From: Myxococcales bacterium
GTDB lineage: Bacteria; Myxococcota; UBA727; VGSZ01
DNA: 64,000 nucleotides
Direction of reading: 5' to 3'
NCBI GenBank assembly: GCA_023248635.1
Contig: JAHFED010000002.1
Coordinates: 41,723 to 105,722, forward strand
Shown here: positions 58,725 to 64,000 of the stretch, one piece after another
How the letters are laid out: each line of letters begins with the position of its first letter
How positions within the stretch are numbered: position 1 is the stretch's first letter
Translations under genes and position numbers: made by a program
Notes under the pieces: model-generated
Databases searched by the model: none
What the model was told of the DNA's origin: nothing
Seen by the model: the letters and a program-made list of their open reading frames with translations, nothing else

Positions 58725-60728
58725 TCACTCATAGCGCAAGCCCTCGACGGGTTTCATGCGGGCGGCCAGCAGTGCTGGGTAGATGGTCGCCAGGTACGAG
58801 AGGCCCAAAGCAGCCACCCACACCAGAAAGACCTCGAAAGGCTCGACGTGAACCGGCAGATCCGAGATGTAATACACGCCGGGGTCGAGGCCGATGCCGA
58901 AGGTCTTGATGACCCAGCAGATGCCGACGCCCAGCGCGATCCCCAGCGCCGTCCCCAGCCCACCCACGGTGATCCCATAGGTCACAAAAATCTTCATGAT
59001 CGACGTATCCGTCGCACCCATAGTCTTCAGAATCGAGATCTCCTTTGATTTCTCGATCACGAAAACAATGACGACGGCCGCAATCAGGAAGCTTGCGACG
59101 ATGACGATGAAATTCAAGATAATAAACATGGCAATCTTCTCCAGCTTCAAAGCCGAGAACAGATTGCGGTTCATCTCCATCCAATCCTTGGTGCGATAGG
59201 GATAGCCGCCGAGAGCGCGGAGAATCTCCCGGGCGATCGACTGCACGTTATCGACGTCATCCAGCTTGTATTCGACGCCGGTGGCCGCGCCCTTGAGCGT
59301 GAAGAAGTCCTGGGCCTCGTTGATGTCGATGTAGATGAATTTCGAATCGTATTCGTACATCCCAGAATAAAATATTGCTGCGACGCGAAAGGCCCGCGCT
59401 TTCGGAATGGGGCCGGTCGGCCCGAGCTCCCCCACCGGCGACACCACGTTCATCACGTCGCCGACGAAGACCTTGAGGTTCTTGGCCATCTCGACGCCGA
59501 TGACGATGCCTGGCAAGGGACGATCGGATCCCAGAGCCGGCACGGATCCGACGCCGGCGGCAGCTTTGGCGATGGCGTCGTCGGCGGCTTCTTTGAGGGC
59601 TTCGTCGGGCTTCTTTGGATCGTCGTCGACGATGGGCTTCGCCTTTGGAACGGCGATGCTCTCGGGGTGCTTGAGATGGCTGAGCTCGCCCTTGTCGATG
59701 TTCTTGCGCAGCTCGGTGACGGTGTTGATGGTGTCGGCGTCGATGCCCTTCAGCAGCGCACCGGTCAGGTTGGTGTCGGAGGAGACCATCACCTCGTTCA
59801 AGACGAAGGGCGTGGCCCCCAGAACGCCGGGGACCTTCTTCGTCTTTTCGACAACATCATTGTACTCAGTGAAATCACTGCCATATTTCAACACTAGAAG
59901 GTGAGCATTCGCACCAAATATCTTGGTGCGCAAATCCGTGGAAAACCCATTCATCACGCTCATCACCACGACCATGGCCATCGTGCCCACGGCCACCGCC
60001 AGAACGGAGATCACGGTGATGATGCCGACGACGTCGCCGCCTTTGCCCATCAAGAAGCGGCGGCCGATGAAGCCCTCGTAGCCCCAGCCCGCCTGGAATT
60101 CGCCGTCGCCGCAAAACAAGAATCCGAAGGATCCACCCAGCACCAAGGACAAACCTAGAATCAGCAGACCCGTGATCAAAATAACTGCGAAATAGGCGGC
60201 GGCAGTGCCATAGGTGAACATCGTCGACGCCTGGTCGGCCAGGGCCACGGGCAGCAAGCTGAACAAGGCGGTGACCCAGAGCCCCTCGAGAAAGGCCACA
60301 CGCCGGGCCAACAGGGCCATGACGAAGCCTCCGGCGAAGCCACCCACGATCAAGCCGACGACGACGGCCGACTGCACGGGCTCACCGGACCAGCCGAGCA
60401 CCGCCGTGCCGACCCACAGCCCCGCCCGCGCACCCACCAAGACCAGGGCGATCCCCGCCGCGAGGGCGCCAGGGTGCAAGCCGCCCTCTGCTCCCTTCTT
60501 CCACATGCCGCCGTTGCGCGCTTTGACATCGGGGGGAAGGCGCGCCACCGCCATACCCACCAGCAGAGGTGCAGCGATCAAAGAAACGGGCGGCAGGGCG
60601 GCGACGACGGCCACTCCCAGGGGCAGCGCAGCGACGACGGCGGCGCGGGCGGCCAAGAATCCCAGCGCGAGGAGCCATGCGGCCGCCGCGACGCCCACGG
60701 CGGCCATCAACTGAACGGAAGGATCCAT
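58725..60728 (-). CDS. LolC/LolE-type (FtsX/MacB-like) ABC permease with a ~220-aa polytopic N-terminal extension
   Basis: The C-terminal ~440 aa is a typical LolC/E (FIGRRFL..., periplasmic domain, FtsX helices). The N-terminal part holds about 6 extra hydrophobic helices. The start is uncertain. Confidence 0.75.
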   Translation of the reverse strand: MDPSVQLMAAVGVAAAAWLLALGFLAARAAVVAALPLGVAVVAALPPVSLIAAPLLVGMAVARLPPDVKARNGGMWKKGAEGGLHPGALAAGIALVLVGARAGLWVGTAVLGWSGEPVQSAVVVGLIVGGFAGGFVMALLARRVAFLEGLWVTALFSLLPVALADQASTMFTYGTAAAYFAVILITGLLILGLSLVLGGSFGFLFCGDGEFQAGWGYEGFIGRRFLMGKGGDVVGIITVISVLAVAVGTMAMVVVMSVMNGFSTDLRTKIFGANAHLLVLKYGSDFTEYNDVVEKTKKVPGVLGATPFVLNEVMVSSDTNLTGALLKGIDADTINTVTELRKNIDKGELSHLKHPESIAVPKAKPIVDDDPKKPDEALKEAADDAIAKAAAGVGSVPALGSDRPLPGIVIGVEMAKNLKVFVGDVMNVVSPVGELGPTGPIPKARAFRVAAIFYSGMYEYDSKFIYIDINEAQDFFTLKGAATGVEYKLDDVDNVQSIAREILRALGGYPYRTKDWMEMNRNLFSALKLEKIAMFIILNFIVIVASFLIAAVVIVFVIEKSKEISILKTMGATDTSIMKIFVTYGITVGGLGTALGIALGVGICWVIKTFGIGLDPGVYYISDLPVHVEPFEVFLVWVAALGLSYLATIYPALLAARMKPVEGLRYE

Positions 60729-60777
60729 ACTGCCTCGATCGCTGTTGGGCCTCGGCGCCCGAGACTCAGACCTTCTG

Positions 60778-60827
60778 AAGACGTTCGCGCGTCCTCAACA
60801 TCAAACTTGAGGACGCGCCAGCGTCTT
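60778..60827. promoter_or_regulatory. Long imperfect hairpin between lysS and the lolE-like gene
   Basis: 12-bp perfect core gcgcgtcctcaa-catcaaac-ttgaggacgcgc (60787-60818), extended by aagacg/cgtctt. No U-tract. Confidence 0.4.
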
Positions 60828-60832
60828 GAACA

Positions 60833-62749
60833 TCAACACTTGTCCGGTCGCATCTGGGGAAAGAGGACGACGTCGCGGATGGAGGTCTGGTTCGTCAACA
60901 CCATGACCAGCCGATCGATTCCAATGCCGAGACCGGCCGTCGGCGGCATGCCGATCTCCAGCGCCTGGCAGAAATCCTCGTCGAGCTCGTTGGCCTCGGC
61001 GTCACCGCGCGCTCGTTCACGCAGCTGGGCGGCGAAGCGCTGGCGCTGATCGACGGGGTCGTTGAGCTCGGAGAAGGCGTTCGCCAGCTCCATGCCGGCC
61101 ATGATGAGCTCGAAGCGATCGGTGACGGCGGGATCGTCGTCGCGGCGGCGGGCCAGTGGGCTCACGGCCACGGGGAAATCGGTGATGAAGGTCGGATTGG
61201 TGAGAGTGCGCTCGACCTCGTGATCAAAGACCGAATAGAGCAAAGACAGCGCGATGTTTCGCCGACGGGCCCGCATCGGATCGACGGCGCGTCGCGGGAG
61301 ATCCATCTCGCCGGTGTCCTCATCGAAGGCACTGACCGCGGGCGTGGCCTGGCCGGCGGTGGCGAAGGCCGTCGACGCGCTGGAGCTCAGTGGCACCGTG
61401 ACGTCGTCAAAGATGGGTTCGTCGCCGCCGACGTCGACCCCGGTCTTTGAGGCCAGCGCCCGATCGATGCTGCGCCCCAGCGCACGCAGGAAGTCCGCCG
61501 ACCCCGCCTTGAATGCAGTCCGGGCGCGGGTGACGACGTCGCCGCCGCCTGGCTCGATGCCAGGGATGATGCGCTCGGCTTCTTCGTCGGAGAGCTCTTT
61601 CAAGCACACCAGCAGGGGCTCATCGGGATGGGCGGTGTGGCCGACGACGTAGCCCAGCGCCTGCTCCACCGAGTCGATCTCGCTCAGGTTGACCCCCTCG
61701 AGCTTCAGGTGCTCAGCGACCAGCACCGCAATGGGCACGCGGCGCCACGGACGTGAGACGTCGACGACACGCTCTCCCCAGGGGATCTTGGTCGTGCTGC
61801 GCAGCTCGGTGACCAGCTGACTGATGACCGTCTCGGTCAATTCCATCATATCCTGATAGGACGCATATGCCTGATAAACCTCGATGGAAGTAAACTCAGG
61901 ATTGTGTCGAGCGCTCACGCCTTCATTGCGAAACTGGCGCCCGATTTCGTATACGCGTTCGAGGCCGCCGACGACGAGGCGCTTGAGGTGCAGCTCGGTC
62001 GCAATGCGCAAATAAAGATCGACGTCGAGCGTATTGTGGTGTGTGGTGAAAGGCTTGGCGGTGGCGCCGCCGGCCAGCTCTTGCAGAACCGGAGTTTCCA
62101 CTTCGATAAAGCCACGCTCATCGAGGAAACGCTGAATGCCCCGAATGATGCGGCTGCGATCGCGGAACACCTGGCGAATCTCGGGGTTCACGATCAGATC
62201 GACATAGCGGTGCCGATAGCGCTGTTCGACGTCGGCGAGGCCGTGGAATTTGTCCGGCAGGGGCCGTACGGATTTGGTCAACACGCGCAGCCCGTCGGCG
62301 GCGATGGTGAGCTCGCCGGTGCGCGTCTTCATTGGAGTACCAGCGACGCCGACGATGTCGCCCAGGTCCATGAGCTTGAGCATGGCGTAGGTGGGGGCAC
62401 CGACCCGGTCGAGCTTCACGTAGACCTGAATGTCCTTGCTCGAGGCATCGCGCAGGGTGAAGAAGCTCGCCTTGCCCATCTGCCGCAGGGTCATCACGCG
62501 ACCAGCCACGGTGTGGACAGTGTGTACCTGCTCGAGCTGTTTGGCGTCGACGGCGCCGTAGCGGGCGTGGAGGTCGGCGGCACTGACCTCGGGGCGAAAA
62601 TCGTTGGCGTAGGGGTCGAGCCCGGCGGCGCGGATCTTCGCCGCCTTGTCGATGCGCACCTGAATCAGGTGGTGGGCGTCTTCGCCTCCTGCCACGGGCG
62701 CATCGGGTGCACCGCTTGGGGCAGGAAAGTTCGGGTCACTGGGCACCAT
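60833..62749 (-). CDS. lysS: Lysine--tRNA ligase (class II) carrying a large internal insertion
   Basis: OB-fold and class II motifs: RYRHRYVDLI, FIEVETPVL, YLRIATELHLKRL.VGG..RVYEIGR.FRNEG.S..HNPEFT..E.Y, and GMPPTAGLGIGIDRL.M. The start could be ATG 62749 or ATG 62830. Confidence 0.88.
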   Translation of the reverse strand: MVPSDPNFPAPSGAPDAPVAGGEDAHHLIQVRIDKAAKIRAAGLDPYANDFRPEVSAADLHARYGAVDAKQLEQVHTVHTVAGRVMTLRQMGKASFFTLRDASSKDIQVYVKLDRVGAPTYAMLKLMDLGDIVGVAGTPMKTRTGELTIAADGLRVLTKSVRPLPDKFHGLADVEQRYRHRYVDLIVNPEIRQVFRDRSRIIRGIQRFLDERGFIEVETPVLQELAGGATAKPFTTHHNTLDVDLYLRIATELHLKRLVVGGLERVYEIGRQFRNEGVSARHNPEFTSIEVYQAYASYQDMMELTETVISQLVTELRSTTKIPWGERVVDVSRPWRRVPIAVLVAEHLKLEGVNLSEIDSVEQALGYVVGHTAHPDEPLLVCLKELSDEEAERIIPGIEPGGGDVVTRARTAFKAGSADFLRALGRSIDRALASKTGVDVGGDEPIFDDVTVPLSSSASTAFATAGQATPAVSAFDEDTGEMDLPRRAVDPMRARRRNIALSLLYSVFDHEVERTLTNPTFITDFPVAVSPLARRRDDDPAVTDRFELIMAGMELANAFSELNDPVDQRQRFAAQLRERARGDAEANELDEDFCQALEIGMPPTAGLGIGIDRLVMVLTNQTSIRDVVLFPQMRPDKC

Positions 62750-62828
62750 GCCTCCTGGGGTCGCAGAGGGGCCCAAGTCGCCACGACGACGTCGACGTGT
62801 CAACGCAGTGCTGCTAGAGGCCGCCGTC

Positions 62829-63566
62829 ATGACTGCTTCGCCTCCGCACGGGAACGAGGTCGCCGGCCACGGCACCGCGTTGGTGTGTCTGCCGACCTAC
62901 AACGAGCGCGAGAACCTGCCGTCTTTGGTGGAGGAGCTGCTCGATACCGCCCCCGTCGACGTCCTCATCGTCGACGACAACTCTCCCGACGGGACCGGCC
63001 GCGTTGCGGATCTCCTGCAGAAGAAGAACCCGGGGCGCGTCTTTGTGTTGCACCGCGGAAAAAAGCTGGGGCTGGGCACCGCCTACGTCGAGGCTTTCCG
63101 CTTCGGGCTCAGCCGGGGCTACCCCCTGCTGTTCGAGATGGATGCCGATTTTTCCCACCAACCTCGCTACATCCCCGAGCTGTTGCGGGCCGCCGAAAGC
63201 AACGACCTGGTGCTGGGCAGCCGCTACACCCAAGGGGGCGGCACGGAGAATTGGGGGCTGATGCGTCAGGCGCTCTCGCGGGGCGGATCCCTCTACACGC
63301 GCTCCATCCTGCATCTGCCGGTGAAGGATCCGACGACGGGCTTCAAGTGTTTTCGACGTGAGGTGCTCGACGCCATCGACCTCTCGACGGTGACAGCGAC
63401 GGGCTACGCCTTTCAGATCGAGCTCACCTGGCGTGCCTGGAAACTCGGCTTTCGCATCAAGGAGGTTCCCATCGTTTTTTACGAACGTCAGGGCGGACGA
63501 TCGAAGATGTCGACGGGCATCATCGGCGAAGCGGTGACGTCGGTGTGGAAGATGCGTTTCCGTTGA
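62829..63566 (+). CDS. GT2-family polyprenol/dolichol-phosphate mannosyltransferase-like glycosyltransferase
   Basis: PTYNERENL, LIVDDNSPDGT, EMDADFSH, and GFKCFRREVL motifs. Start chosen at ATG 62829. Confidence 0.8.
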   Translation: MTASPPHGNEVAGHGTALVCLPTYNERENLPSLVEELLDTAPVDVLIVDDNSPDGTGRVADLLQKKNPGRVFVLHRGKKLGLGTAYVEAFRFGLSRGYPLLFEMDADFSHQPRYIPELLRAAESNDLVLGSRYTQGGGTENWGLMRQALSRGGSLYTRSILHLPVKDPTTGFKCFRREVLDAIDLSTVTATGYAFQIELTWRAWKLGFRIKEVPIVFYERQGGRSKMSTGIIGEAVTSVWKMRFR

Positions 63567-64000
63567 CCAGCGCGTCGAGCAGGGCCCGCCTCGTCGAGAC
63601 TCGCACCGGGCTCGGCCTCGTCGACGACGACGTTGAGGACTTGTCGCCCCTCGTCATCGATCTGGCACACGCCCGCCGCCTGGGCAGCGATGACGACCTG
63701 CTGCGCGCGCTCGGGCGAGGCAAAGGCGTCGTCACCGTCGTCGACGCGACGGCGGGCATCGGTCGCGATGCTGCGGCCCTCGCCCTCGCTGGCTTCGACG
63801 TGACAGCCATCGAGCGTGCTCCGCTGGTGCAGGCCCTGTGGGCAGACGCCCTGCGCCGCCACCAGCCACCGCGCCTGCGCTTCGTCGCCGACGACGCCGC
63901 CGCCCACCTCGACGCTGTCGCTGGCACCGAGGGCGCCCCCGACGCCGTCTTCCTCGACCCCATGTATCCCACCGGCCGGCGCACGGCCCAGGCCCAGCGC
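63563..64000 (+). CDS. rsmJ: 16S rRNA (guanine1516-N2)-methyltransferase RsmJ, 5' part; runs off the window
   Basis: Open frame from TTG 63563 (TTGA overlap with the upstream stop) to the window end. VVDATAGIGRDAAALALAGFDVTAIERAPLV and AVFLDPMYP match the RsmJ motifs (DATAGLGRDAF...ERNP; YLDPMFP). Not in the ORF track because it is open-ended. Confidence 0.7.
   Translation, partial: MTSASSRARLVETRTGLGLVDDDVEDLSPLVIDLAHARRLGSDDDLLRALGRGKGVVTVVDATAGIGRDAAALALAGFDVTAIERAPLVQALWADALRRHQPPRLRFVADDAAAHLDAVAGTEGAPDAVFLDPMYPTGRRTAQAQR

Overview
This is a 64-kb, visibly very GC-rich chromosomal segment. By eye about two-thirds is G+C, with long spurious antisense ORFs in every frame. The gene content points to a myxobacterium (Myxococcota). 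Supporting genes are an MglA-type GTPase, three MYXO-CTERM-like C-terminal sorting tails, MopE-type Cys repeats, thrombospondin-type-3 (TSP3) repeats, mevalonate-pathway genes, and a tmRNA encoding the tag ANDNVELALAA. A marine Nannocystineae-like genome is my guess only. I support about 47 protein genes and one tmRNA (ssrA). I found no rRNA, tRNA or CRISPR array. Housekeeping genes present are ettA, pilT, lolD/lolE-like, lysS, plsC, rsmJ, an sspB-like gene, mvaD/mvaK2, and a clpB 5' end. Several accessory modules sit between them. (1) A five-gene, translationally coupled minus-strand operon at 7889->3296 encodes an acidic lipoprotein, an ECF sigma factor, a membrane anti-sigma-like protein, an exported membrane-anchored caspase-like protease, and a (GE)n lipoprotein. 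(2) A 2343-aa teneurin-architecture YD/Rhs lipoprotein has a C-terminal tip with a caspase/CHAT-like His...Cys layout. It has no room for a downstream immunity gene, because ettA abuts it with 0 bp. (3) An orphan three-gene operon at 33924->29753 encodes signal-less proteins with a bilobed hydrophobic domain, a long coiled coil ending in a T3SS needle/filament-like C-terminus, and a LysM-like N-terminus. I consider this the best candidate for an undescribed system. (4) Two giant extracellular-matrix-like surface proteins carry NIDO-like, MopE-type, TSP3 and (GE)n modules plus MYXO-CTERM-like tails. (5) The ssrA locus has an adjacent sspB-like gene and a roughly 0.74-kb integrase remnant bounded by a 13-bp direct repeat of the ssrA 3' end. 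All family calls come from motif recognition by eye; no database search was run. Many start codons were re-picked relative to the ORF track.
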